Assembly: GCA_026708265.1 (NCBI GenBank)
Contig: JAPOVI010000309.1
Span: forward strand, 12,949-76,948
Origin: Acidobacteriota bacterium
GTDB lineage: Bacteria > Acidobacteriota > Vicinamibacteria > Vicinamibacterales > UBA8438
Reading direction: 5' to 3'
Length of the DNA stretch: 64,000 nucleotides
Shown here: positions 53,234 through 61,710 of the stretch, piece by piece
How the letters are laid out: each line of letters begins with the position of its first letter
How positions within the stretch are numbered: the stretch's first letter is position 1
Notes under the pieces: generated by a model
What the model was told of the DNA's origin: nothing
Databases searched by the model: none
Seen by the model: the letters and a program-made list of their open reading frames with translations, nothing else
Program-made: the position numbers and the translations under genes

Positions 53234-54802
53234 CTAGCGGATGGGTCCCTCGTCGAAGCGGCCGATGAGGTCGGCGCCACCCTCGCCGCCGCCGAGCGCC
53301 CGGAGCAGATCCGCCGTGCTCCCGCCCCCGAGGCCCGGCAGGAGAATGTGCCCGCCGCCTTCGGCGATCATCAGCGGCGTGATGCCGCGCCGGTCGCCCG
53401 CCCGCACGGCCGCCCCGTGATCGACCAGGAGCTGCACGAGCGCGTCGGAGCGAACGTGGGCCGCCCCGTGCAGCGCCGTCCGGCCGTCGCCGTTGGCCGC
53501 GTTGATGTCGGCGCCGCGCTCGAGCAGGAACCGGACCGCCTCCAGGCTGTTCCCTTCGGTGACGCGCGTCTCGGCCGGGACCCGCCCCAGGCCCGACGCC
53601 ATCATCAGGGGCGTCGTCCCCTGCTCCGTCGGCAGGTGCAGATCGGCTCCCGCCGCCGCCAGCGCCCGCATCACGGCGAGGTTGCCGTCCATGGCGGCGA
53701 GCAGGAACGGCGTGGCGCCCGTCAGGCTGACGCGGAAGCGCTGGCTGGCGAAGCCGAACTGCGGCGGGTGCGCCGCAAGGCGCGCGTCGGGATCCGCGCC
53801 GTGCGCGAGGAGGGCGTCGACGAGCGCGAGCCGGCCCACTCCGAGCCCGTTGAGCGAGCGCCACTCCTCGTCGCGCTCCGTGGCAATGCCGCGCAGGCTG
53901 CCGGTCAGCTCCGTGTGCCAGGAGCCGGCCGCCCAGTGGAGCGCCGCGTAGCCGGCGCTGCCGGCGTCCGGGTCGGCTCCCTGCTCCAACAGGGCGATGG
54001 CCAGCGCCGCGTGCCCGCGCAGCGTCGCAACGAGGAGCGGCGTCAGGCCGTCGGGGGCCGGCGCGTTCACCTCCGCGCCCGCGTCGAGGAGCAGCCGCGC
54101 CAGCGCCGGCCGGTCCTCGCGGGCGGCGATCAGGAGCGGCGTGAAGCCCGCCGCGGACCGCGCCCGGACGTCGGCGCCGTGCGCCACGAGGGCGCGGGCC
54201 ACCGGGGTGTGTCCCTCCCCCGCCGCCCACATCAGCGCCGACTGCCCCCGCCAGGACTCCGCGGCGTTCGGGTAAGCGCCGGCCGCGAGCAGCGCGTCCA
54301 CCGCCCCGAGGCTGCCGGTCCGCGCGCAGGTCATGAGCGAAGTCTCGCCCGTCGTGCGAACAGCGTTCGGATCCGCACCTGCGGCCAGCAGCCGGCGCAC
54401 CATGGGCGCCGAGCCATTCTCGCACGCGAGCGCGAGCGGAGTGAGGCCGTAGTCGTTCGCCGCGTCGACGTCGGCGCCGGCGGCAAGGAGGAGGTCGGCG
54501 AGGTCTACGGCGTCCCGGTAGCTCGCCCAGTGGAGGGCCGTCGCTCCGTCGGGCTGCGCCGTGCGCGCGTCGGCTCCCCGGTCGAGTAGCGCGACGACGG
54601 ACTCGGTGTCCTCCGCCCGTACGGCCTCGATGAGGCGCCGGCCGTCCGCCTCGGCACCGCCCGCCGGGGCCACGGCCATCAGGCTCGCGGCCCCCACGAG
54701 CACGGCCGCCAGGGGCACAGCCGGCAGGAACTCGATCAGCGAGGGCGCGCTCCGGCGCACTCCGAACCCGATGCCGCGGCTCATTGTCTGGCGTTCCTGC
54801 AT
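53234..54802 (-). CDS. secreted ankyrin-repeat protein (paralog 3 of 3)
   Basis: ATG 54802 or 54784. Signal-like LPAVPLAAVLVGAASLMAVAPAGGA, followed by DGATALHWASYRDAVDLADLLLAAGADVDA... repeats. Confidence 0.85.
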   Translation of the reverse strand: MQERQTMSRGIGFGVRRSAPSLIEFLPAVPLAAVLVGAASLMAVAPAGGAEADGRRLIEAVRAEDTESVVALLDRGADARTAQPDGATALHWASYRDAVDLADLLLAAGADVDAANDYGLTPLALACENGSAPMVRRLLAAGADPNAVRTTGETSLMTCARTGSLGAVDALLAAGAYPNAAESWRGQSALMWAAGEGHTPVARALVAHGADVRARSAAGFTPLLIAAREDRPALARLLLDAGAEVNAPAPDGLTPLLVATLRGHAALAIALLEQGADPDAGSAGYAALHWAAGSWHTELTGSLRGIATERDEEWRSLNGLGVGRLALVDALLAHGADPDARLAAHPPQFGFASQRFRVSLTGATPFLLAAMDGNLAVMRALAAAGADLHLPTEQGTTPLMMASGLGRVPAETRVTEGNSLEAVRFLLERGADINAANGDGRTALHGAAHVRSDALVQLLVDHGAAVRAGDRRGITPLMIAEGGGHILLPGLGGGSTADLLRALGGGEGGADLIGRFDEGPIR

Positions 54803-54944
54803 GAACTCCGCTCCCCACGCCCGCCTACGGCTTCTGTCGACCGCCAGAGCGACTGCAGGCCGTCTCCGGCGGAAACCGCCGACCACCCCTTCGGGATGCG
54901 GGCGGCGACCTGGTCCTTCATTCGTCGCCCGACGGCGCCGACGC

Positions 54945-55859
54945 CTACCTCGCTTCCGGCTCCTCGGTCCAGTCTTCGTCCACGGCGACGGCGAAGCGCC
55001 GGAAGTCGGAGTAGCGCGCGGTGCCGCTCATCCTCCCCCCGCCTCGCTCCTCGTAGCGCTCCCGCATCTCGACCGGCACCCAGAGCCCGGTCTCCGCCTC
55101 GCGGCCGAACGTGACCCGCGCCTCCGCCTCGGTCTCCGGGCGCCCTTCCACCGCCGGGTGCCGCAACTCGATCTCGGTCTCGTATATGTCGCCGGTATCC
55201 GGGTCGACGCAGACGCGCCCCTGCGCCGGGAGGTCGATCCCGTTGTAGCCCCGCGTCATGGTCGGAGACGCGATCTCGTCGAACCGGACGTCCCACGCGG
55301 CGTCGACGCCGGCGCACCCTTCGCCGACCTTCTCGAAGCGGAGGCGCCCCGAGTTGGCGGGGTGGAGACCGAACAGGCCGAACGTCGGCACGTTGAACGT
55401 CCGGACCGTCGAACCGACGTTGTAACGGGCGTTCTCCTCCGTGATGCTCCGGAGCTGGTCCATCGCCGTCTCGTGGCTTCCGAGGAACAGCTCCGCCAAC
55501 CGGTTCTCGCGGTCCCGCACCCGTTGCCCGTTGTACTCGATGACGTCGCGGAACCCGGTCAGCTCCTCGGAGCCGGCCAGCCTCACCTGCAGGAAGTCCG
55601 AGCGCAGGTGGCTGCGCGCCGGGCCGCTCCGCGGCTGGCCGGAGAAGTAGACCTGGCGGTAGTCCTCCTCCATCACGACGGTGGCCAGATCCTCGATGAC
55701 CGCCGCCACGCGGACGGCCGCCCTGTCCATCACCGCGTCGACGGCCGGCGTCTGGCCAGCGGCCACCGCGGGCAGCGCGCAAAGTACGGCTGCCCCGGCC
55801 GCGGCCGCCGCCCGGCGGGGCCAAGGTCGCGCCGGCGCGGAACGGAAGCTGCCTGTCAA
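54945..55859 (-). CDS. hypothetical secreted protein
   Basis: Signal-like AAAAAGAAVLCALPAVAAGQ. Coding-like composition. Lies 16 nt downstream of the preceding gene. No family recognised. Confidence 0.65.
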   Translation of the reverse strand: MTGSFRSAPARPWPRRAAAAAGAAVLCALPAVAAGQTPAVDAVMDRAAVRVAAVIEDLATVVMEEDYRQVYFSGQPRSGPARSHLRSDFLQVRLAGSEELTGFRDVIEYNGQRVRDRENRLAELFLGSHETAMDQLRSITEENARYNVGSTVRTFNVPTFGLFGLHPANSGRLRFEKVGEGCAGVDAAWDVRFDEIASPTMTRGYNGIDLPAQGRVCVDPDTGDIYETEIELRHPAVEGRPETEAEARVTFGREAETGLWVPVEMRERYEERGGGRMSGTARYSDFRRFAVAVDEDWTEEPEAR

Positions 55860-55875
55860 GATGCCCTCCCAACTC

Positions 55876-56559
55876 CTACCGCGATCCGGATTCGCCGCGC
55901 GCCGCGGCTTCCTCCCCGCGCGCGATGTCGAGCAGCGCGGTCATGCCGTCGTTCCGCTCGTGGCAGGCGTACTCGAACATCGGCCCGTCGGTCGGCGGCA
56001 TCGTGAGGGCCGCCGTCCACGGCTGCGTCCAGAGCTTCGGATCCTCGAACGTCACCTCGTACAGAAGCTCCTCCACGTGGTCGGGCGTCTGCGCGATGTG
56101 GATGTTCTGGCTGTAGGGACCGCCGAGCCGCGGCACGCCGCTCGAGATGCAACGCTCGCCGAGGTTGCGGTCCTCCGGCCCCGCCGCTCCCCTTGGCGGG
56201 CGGGCGCCGAGCTCCGCCGCCGCCGCGGGCGTCAACGGCATGCGCCCGTCGGGCGGATCGACGATCATCGAGGTCCGTCCGTCGGACAAGCCCCGCTCCC
56301 ACCAGACGACACGCCGGGCCCCGACCCCTTCGGCTGATCGCTGGGCCGCGTTGACTTCCGCGATCTCGGCCTCGGTCAGCCTCGCCCGCCCCGCGTGCCG
56401 CTCGGGGCGCTCCAGCGGGGTGGCTGTCCCATGGTTCCAGACGCCCTGCAGGTCCGGCGCCCCCCAGGCCGTGCGGGCCGGCGCGGACTGCGCCCAGCCC
56501 GTGGCCGGAGCGAACACGAGCGCAAGGGTTGCGAGCGCGGCGCGGACCTGCGGCTTCAT
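55876..56559 (-). CDS. short fourth paralog of the 'YEYACHEGNY' family with an internal deletion
   Basis: Signal peptide, then RTAWGAPDLQGVWNHGTATPLERP, MIVDPPDGRMP, GERCI and AQTPDHV. The reading then jumps straight to LYEVTFEDPKLWTQPW and FEYACHERNDG. Confidence 0.7.
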   Translation of the reverse strand: MKPQVRAALATLALVFAPATGWAQSAPARTAWGAPDLQGVWNHGTATPLERPERHAGRARLTEAEIAEVNAAQRSAEGVGARRVVWWERGLSDGRTSMIVDPPDGRMPLTPAAAAELGARPPRGAAGPEDRNLGERCISSGVPRLGGPYSQNIHIAQTPDHVEELLYEVTFEDPKLWTQPWTAALTMPPTDGPMFEYACHERNDGMTALLDIARGEEAAARGESGSR

Positions 56560-56644
56560 CGGAGCACCGTCGAACCGAGCCCAAAGGCGGCGGACCGACC
56601 TAATTCAATCAGAATCCGCGTCTCCACGGAAGCGCGCCCCCGGA

Positions 56645-56734
56645 GAGACGAACGTCTTCGGCCTGATGAACGTCATGCGCTCGACCCTGCCGGACATGCG
56701 CATGCGGGGCTCGGGGTGCATCGTCAACTGCTTC
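56645..56734 (+). pseudogene. 30-codon fragment of a short-chain dehydrogenase/reductase gene
   Basis: ETNVFGLMNVMRSTLPDMRMRGSGCIVNCF matches the SDR segment '.N+.G.....+a.lP.M......G.I+N.sS'. There is no N-terminal Rossmann part and no catalytic YxxxK downstream. Confidence 0.5.
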
Positions 56735-56808
56735 CGCCAACCCCGTGACCCGCGGGGAGCCTCGAAGGAACCGCGCCGCGGAGCCGGTCTGTCTGCGATA
56801 GACTCGAC

Positions 56809-57006
56809 TTGATGGACACGCTCGCAGTCCTCACCGCCGCGGCGTCCTTCCTCGCCGCGGCCGGCGTGCTCTTCAACGCTTGGCAGACGACGCGCGTCGA
56901 GGCGCGCCTGTCCAGTCGGATCGACCGATTGACGGGCCGGCTGGATGCGCTCGAATCGACCGTGCAGACCGTGTTGACCGCGCGGGTCCAGCGGCGCGGC
57001 GACTGA
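56809..57006 (+). CDS. hypothetical small membrane protein (weak call)
   Basis: TM-like LAVLTAAASFLAAAGVLF, followed by a short coiled-coil-like RIDRLTGRLDALESTVQTV. Confidence 0.35.
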   Translation: MMDTLAVLTAAASFLAAAGVLFNAWQTTRVEARLSSRIDRLTGRLDALESTVQTVLTARVQRRGD

Positions 57007-57069
57007 CGAGCTCGGGCACCGGCGCCGGTTCCCGTTCGCCCCCTCGGCACCATCCCGCGACGGAAACCC

Positions 57070-57816
57070 TCACCGATAGTCCGGGTTGGGGAAGTCGAAG
57101 CGGCAGCCGGCATCCCAGGCGGAGCGCTGATTGCCGTGGGCCGGGATGCCGCCCGCTTCCTTCAGTAGCCGCGCCAGGTGCATCAGGTTCCACGTCATGA
57201 AGGTGGTGTTGCGGTTGGTGAAATCGTTCTGCGGCCCGCCGGAGCCCTCGTCGAGGTAGGACGGTCCCGGACCCGCCTCGCCCAGCCACGCGGCGTCCGC
57301 CTGCGGCGGAATCACGTAGCCCAGGTGCTGCAGCGAGTACAGAATGTTCATGGCGCAGTGCTTGGCGCCGTCCTCGTTGCCCGTGATGAGGCAACCGGCG
57401 ACGCGCCCGTAGTAGGCGTACTGGCCCGCCTCGTTGAGGAGGTGCGAGGCTGCGTAGAGGCGCTCGATGACCTGCGTGCAGACCGACGACTTCTCGCCCA
57501 GCCAGATCGGCGACGTCACGACGAGAATGTCGGCGGCCATCACCTTCTCGAGGATGGGGGGCCAGTCGTCGTGATCCCAGCCGTGCTCGGTCATGTCCGG
57601 CCAGACGCCGTGCGCGAGGTCGTGGTCGACGGGACGGATGACCTCCGTGGACACGCCGTTCGCCTCCATGACGGCCGCTGCGATGTCGATCAGGCCCTGC
57701 GTATGCGAGACCTCCGGCGTGCGCTTGAGCGTGCAGTTGAGGAAGAGGGCGCGGAGGTCGGAGAAATCCCACCGGCTCTCGGCGCAGAGGTCGCGCTGCT
57801 TCTGGCTGAGCGTCAT
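57070..57816 (-). CDS. flavodoxin-like NAD(P)H-dependent FMN reductase family protein
   Basis: ATG 57816. LFLNCTLKRTPEVSHTQGL..., ADILVVTSPIWLGEKSSV and GCLITGNEDGAKH. Confidence 0.8.
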   Translation of the reverse strand: MTLSQKQRDLCAESRWDFSDLRALFLNCTLKRTPEVSHTQGLIDIAAAVMEANGVSTEVIRPVDHDLAHGVWPDMTEHGWDHDDWPPILEKVMAADILVVTSPIWLGEKSSVCTQVIERLYAASHLLNEAGQYAYYGRVAGCLITGNEDGAKHCAMNILYSLQHLGYVIPPQADAAWLGEAGPGPSYLDEGSGGPQNDFTNRNTTFMTWNLMHLARLLKEAGGIPAHGNQRSAWDAGCRFDFPNPDYR

Positions 57817-57947
57817 CGATTGGCCCCCTCCCCTCGCGTATCGGCGCCTCGACGGCGTCCGTGCAATCCGTGCTGCAGGATGGCGCACCGAGGAGCAGGT
57901 GCGATGGCGCACCGAAGGGCAGGTGGCGGCTGACCGCGCGCAGGCCG

Positions 57948-59732
57948 ATGACCCGCGGCGCAGGGGCGTACGTGGAGGGGGAGGCTCGCGCGGCGGTCGA
58001 CGTGGCCGTCATCGGAGGCGGACCCGCGGGAGCCTCCGCCGCGCGCCTGCTGGCGGCCTGGGGGCACTCCGTCCTGCTGCTGACGAAGTCCGACTCCGGC
58101 CATCCCTCCCTCGCCGAGTCGCTGCCCCCGAGCTGCCGCAAGGTGTTCGACGCAGTCGGCGTCCGGGAAGCGATCGAGGCCGCAGGATTCCTCACGAGCG
58201 GCGGCAACACCGTCTGCTGGGAGGGCGCGCGGCCGCGCGTCGCGGCGTTCGGCGCCGGACGCGGACTCCAGGTTCTGCGGCGCGATTTCGACCGCGTCCT
58301 GCTCGCCGAGGCCGAGCGCGCGGGCGCGGCCGTACGGACCGGGGTGACCGTGCGCGACGTCACCATGGCCGACGAGAACCTGACGGCGGGCGCGGCCGGA
58401 AGCCGCGCGGCGTCGCCGGGCGCGGCCGGAAGCGACCTGGGGTCTCGGGGTGCGGCCGGAGGCGGCCGGGTACGGTCGGGCGCGTTGCGCGGGGCCGGCG
58501 CGGGCGTCGTGGACCGGCCGGCGGCCGGGGTCGAGCTCCACGGTCGCGACGAACGGGGACGCGCCGTCACCGCGCACGCCCGCTTCGTGCTCGACTGCTC
58601 GGGACGGGCCGGCATCGTCGCGCGGCGGCACCGGACCCGGGTGCACGCCGGCGAGACGACGCTGGCGCTCGTCGGCGTCTGGCGGCGCCCGGACCGGTGG
58701 CCTCTCCCGGACCGGGCTCCCGGCGACGATGGCGGCGGCAACGCACCGGGCGTTGGAAGCGACGCGGCCCCGAGCGGCGACGCGGCTCCAAGCGACGACG
58801 CGCGGACGGTGGTCGAGGCCTACGCCGACGGGTGGGCTTGGTCCGTGCCGGTGTCGCCGCAGCGGCGTTACGTCACCGTGATGGTCGACCCGCGCACGAC
58901 CCGGGCCGATCGCGCCGAATCGCTCCGGGCGCGCTACCTCGCGGAGCTCGGCAAGACCACTCATCTCGCCCGCGCCACGGGCGGGGCGGCGCTCGAGGGC
59001 CCGCCGTGGGCGTGCGACGCCTCGCAGTACGGCGCCCGCCGCTTCGGGGGCCCCGGCTTCCTTCTGGTGGGCGACGCCGCCACGTTCATCGATCCGCTGT
59101 CGTCGTTCGGGGTCAAGAAGGCGATGGCGTCGGGGTGGCTGGCCGCCGTCGCGACCAACACCTGTCTCCGGCACCCGGAACGCGCAAGCCTCGCGCGGGA
59201 CTTCCACGCCGGGCGCGAGCGGCAGATCTGGGCGAGCTACCGCCGCCAGACCGCGGCCTTCTTCGCCCAGGTCTCGCGCCGCGAGCTGCACCCCTTCTGG
59301 AGCGACCGGTCGGATCCGGTCGGCGTCGGCGCATCTCCAGAGGCGGAGGGCGGAGAGGGAGAAGACGACGTGGTAGCGGCCCTCCGGGCCGACCCCGCGG
59401 TGCTGGCGGCGTTCGAGGCACTCCGGCGCGCCCCCTCGATCCGGCTGCGGCCGACCTCGGCGGCTCGCGCGACGACCGTGTCGGCGGTGGAGGGCCGGGA
59501 GATCGTCGCTGCTCGGAGCCTGTCGCTCGATGCCGGGGCAGCCGGGACCGTCGCCGTCCGCCACCTCCGGGGCATCGATCTGCCGGCGCTCGTCGCGATG
59601 GCCGCCGAGCATACGCAGGTCCCCGATCTCTACGCCGCCTACCGTCGATCCCACGCGCCGGTGGAACTTCCCGACTTCCTCGGCGCCCTGTCCGTGCTGC
59701 TCGGAACGGGGCTGTTGCGGAACGATGCGTGA
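57948..59732 (+). CDS. FAD-dependent monooxygenase/halogenase-like protein; candidate QhpG
   Basis: VAVIGGGPAGASAARLLAAWGHSVLLL (GxGxxG), GWAWSVP (WxWx[IV]P-like) and LVGDAATFIDPLSSFGVKKAMASG. It lies directly upstream of qhpA on the same strand. The ATG at 57948 is chosen over the listed 57861 start. Confidence 0.6.
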   Translation: MTRGAGAYVEGEARAAVDVAVIGGGPAGASAARLLAAWGHSVLLLTKSDSGHPSLAESLPPSCRKVFDAVGVREAIEAAGFLTSGGNTVCWEGARPRVAAFGAGRGLQVLRRDFDRVLLAEAERAGAAVRTGVTVRDVTMADENLTAGAAGSRAASPGAAGSDLGSRGAAGGGRVRSGALRGAGAGVVDRPAAGVELHGRDERGRAVTAHARFVLDCSGRAGIVARRHRTRVHAGETTLALVGVWRRPDRWPLPDRAPGDDGGGNAPGVGSDAAPSGDAAPSDDARTVVEAYADGWAWSVPVSPQRRYVTVMVDPRTTRADRAESLRARYLAELGKTTHLARATGGAALEGPPWACDASQYGARRFGGPGFLLVGDAATFIDPLSSFGVKKAMASGWLAAVATNTCLRHPERASLARDFHAGRERQIWASYRRQTAAFFAQVSRRELHPFWSDRSDPVGVGASPEAEGGEGEDDVVAALRADPAVLAAFEALRRAPSIRLRPTSAARATTVSAVEGREIVAARSLSLDAGAAGTVAVRHLRGIDLPALVAMAAEHTQVPDLYAAYRRSHAPVELPDFLGALSVLLGTGLLRNDA

Positions 59733-59844
59733 GCGGACGGTCCGGCATCGCCGGACCGGCGCCTGACCGGTTCACGTCCGCTGCGCGCTCGACCCGGCCG
59801 GCCGGCGCGCAGCAGACGCCCTCGCCGCTCCGCGGTGTGCGCGG

Positions 59845-59933
59845 CGCTCGGTTCGACGGTCCTGCTGGCTGCGCGATGGCGGTAGCGCGCAGAACTGGCC
59901 GCTCTGCGCGGTTCACCCGCCGCTCGGTTCGAC
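59845..59933 (+). promoter_or_regulatory. direct repeats and a palindrome upstream of qhpA
   Basis: CGCTCGGTTCGAC occurs at 59845-59857 and 59921-59933. CGCGCAGA-N9-TCTGCGCG lies between them at 59886-59910. Confidence 0.4.
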
Positions 59934-59970
59934 CCCCGGCGGGCTTGTGTGGTACAACGTGAGCCACCAC

Positions 59971-61710
59971 ATGCGGACATCACTCTGGATTCGTTCCGTC
60001 TCGGCGCGGCGAGTTCTCCCCCACGCCGCTCCGGTCCTGGCGGCGGCCCTGATCGCCACCGGCTCGGCGGCCGCGGCGCCCGAGGCCCAGGAAGCCGCGC
60101 CCCTCCCGGAAGGGGGCATCCCCGTCACGAGCGACCTGGTGCACCGTGTCTGCGGAGACTGCCACCGCGCGGACGAGGAGCGGCGCATGAGCCGCATCTC
60201 GTACCAGCGGACGACCCCCGAGGGCTGGCAGCAGACCGTGCGGCGCATGGTGCTGCTGAACGACCTGCAGATCGAGCCGGAGGACGCGCGCGAGGCGATC
60301 GCCTACCTCGCGACGCATCACGGCCTCGCCCCCGAGGAGGCCGCGGAGGGCGCGTTCCATTCGGAGCGCCGGGACAACCTCGACTACTACTACGCGGCCG
60401 ACCCGGAGACGCAGATCACCTGCAACCGCTGCCACTCGATGGGCCGGGTGCTGAACCAGCGGCGGACGCGGGGGGAGTGGGACCTGCTGACGGCGATGCA
60501 CCGCGCCCTGTACCCCTTCACCGACTTCCAGTCGTTCATGCGCCGCATCGAATCGGACGGCGACGGGGACGACGGCCCGAGCGCGGTCGAGCGCGCCGTG
60601 GCGCACCTGGCCGAGGTGTTCCCGCTCCACACCCCGGAGTGGACGAGCTGGGCCGCGAACATGCGTACCGAGCCACGCCTGGAAGGGTCGTGGGCGCTGG
60701 TGGGCCGCGAGCGCGGCCAGGGTCCGGTCTACGGCGAGGTCGTGGTGACGGTGAATCCGGATGCGCCGGACCAGTTCCGGACGACCGCGAGCTACACCTA
60801 TGCGGCGCGCGGCCGGGACGTCACCCGCTCGGGTCGGGCACGGGTGTTCACCGGCTTCCAGTGGCGGGGAAGCACCACCAGCTCGAGCTCGGATCAGCCC
60901 GCGCTGCGGGAAGTGCTCAGCGTGTCGCGCGACCGCGAGTCGATGACCGGTCGCTGGTTCACCGGTGTCTACGACGAGCTGGGCATCGACGTGACGCTGC
61001 ACCGCGCCGGCGCGCAGCCGGTGCTCACGGGCGTCTGGCCGCCGGCCGTGCCGACCGCCGGCGGCGAGGTGACCCTGCAGCTCTTCGGCGTCAACCTGCC
61101 GGACGCTCTCGACGCGGCGTCGGTGGACCTCGGCGCCGGCCTGACGGTGACCGCCGTCAGCGACGCGTCGGCCGCTGAGGCGACCCTCCGCGTGCAGGTG
61201 GCGCCCGACGCCCGCGTCGGGCCGCGCGACCTCTTCGTCGGCGAGGCCGCCCTCCCCGATGCCGTCGTCGTGTTCGACGAGGTGCACCGGATTGCGGTGG
61301 CGCCGCGGACCGGGCTCGCGCGCGTCGGGGGTGGGGCGATCCCGAAGCAGTACGAGCGCTTCGAGGCCCGGGCGTGGCACGACGGGCCGGACGGCGAGGC
61401 GGAGACCGGCGACGACCTCGACCTCGGCATCGTGGACGCCGCGTGGAGCCTCGAAGAGTACGCCGTCACCTTCGGCGACGACGACACCGAGTTCGTCGGC
61501 AGCATCGACGGGCAGGGCATCTTCGAGCCAGCCCTCGACGGTCCGAACCCCGAGCGCAGCGGCGAGCGCAACAACGTAGGCGACGTGTGGGTGGTGGCGA
61601 CGGTGAGCACGGGCCCCGCGGGCGTGGCGCTCGAGCCTCCGCAGCGGGCCCGCACCCACCTCGTGGTATCGGTGCCGGTCTACCTGCGCCGCGGAGCCGA
61701 GGGCCCATGA
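59971..61710 (+). CDS. qhpA: quinohemoprotein amine dehydrogenase alpha subunit (di-heme)
   Basis: ATG 59971. Signal peptide. Two CxxCH motifs (VCGDCH, TCNRCH) sit within RISYQRTTPEGWQQTVRRMV...AIAYLATHHGLAPEE. It is followed by qhpD, qhpC and qhpB in the canonical order. Confidence 0.8.
   Translation: MRTSLWIRSVSARRVLPHAAPVLAAALIATGSAAAAPEAQEAAPLPEGGIPVTSDLVHRVCGDCHRADEERRMSRISYQRTTPEGWQQTVRRMVLLNDLQIEPEDAREAIAYLATHHGLAPEEAAEGAFHSERRDNLDYYYAADPETQITCNRCHSMGRVLNQRRTRGEWDLLTAMHRALYPFTDFQSFMRRIESDGDGDDGPSAVERAVAHLAEVFPLHTPEWTSWAANMRTEPRLEGSWALVGRERGQGPVYGEVVVTVNPDAPDQFRTTASYTYAARGRDVTRSGRARVFTGFQWRGSTTSSSSDQPALREVLSVSRDRESMTGRWFTGVYDELGIDVTLHRAGAQPVLTGVWPPAVPTAGGEVTLQLFGVNLPDALDAASVDLGAGLTVTAVSDASAAEATLRVQVAPDARVGPRDLFVGEAALPDAVVVFDEVHRIAVAPRTGLARVGGGAIPKQYERFEARAWHDGPDGEAETGDDLDLGIVDAAWSLEEYAVTFGDDDTEFVGSIDGQGIFEPALDGPNPERSGERNNVGDVWVVATVSTGPAGVALEPPQRARTHLVVSVPVYLRRGAEGP

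Noticed and set aside
57861-57947. Listed start at 57861 for the FAD monooxygenase-like gene
   Set aside because: The first 29 residues (MQSVLQDGAPRSRCDGAPKGRW...) are Arg-rich and lie in the divergent promoter spacer shared with the flavodoxin-like gene. The ATG at 57948 places the GxGxxG motif about 20 residues from the N-terminus, as is usual.
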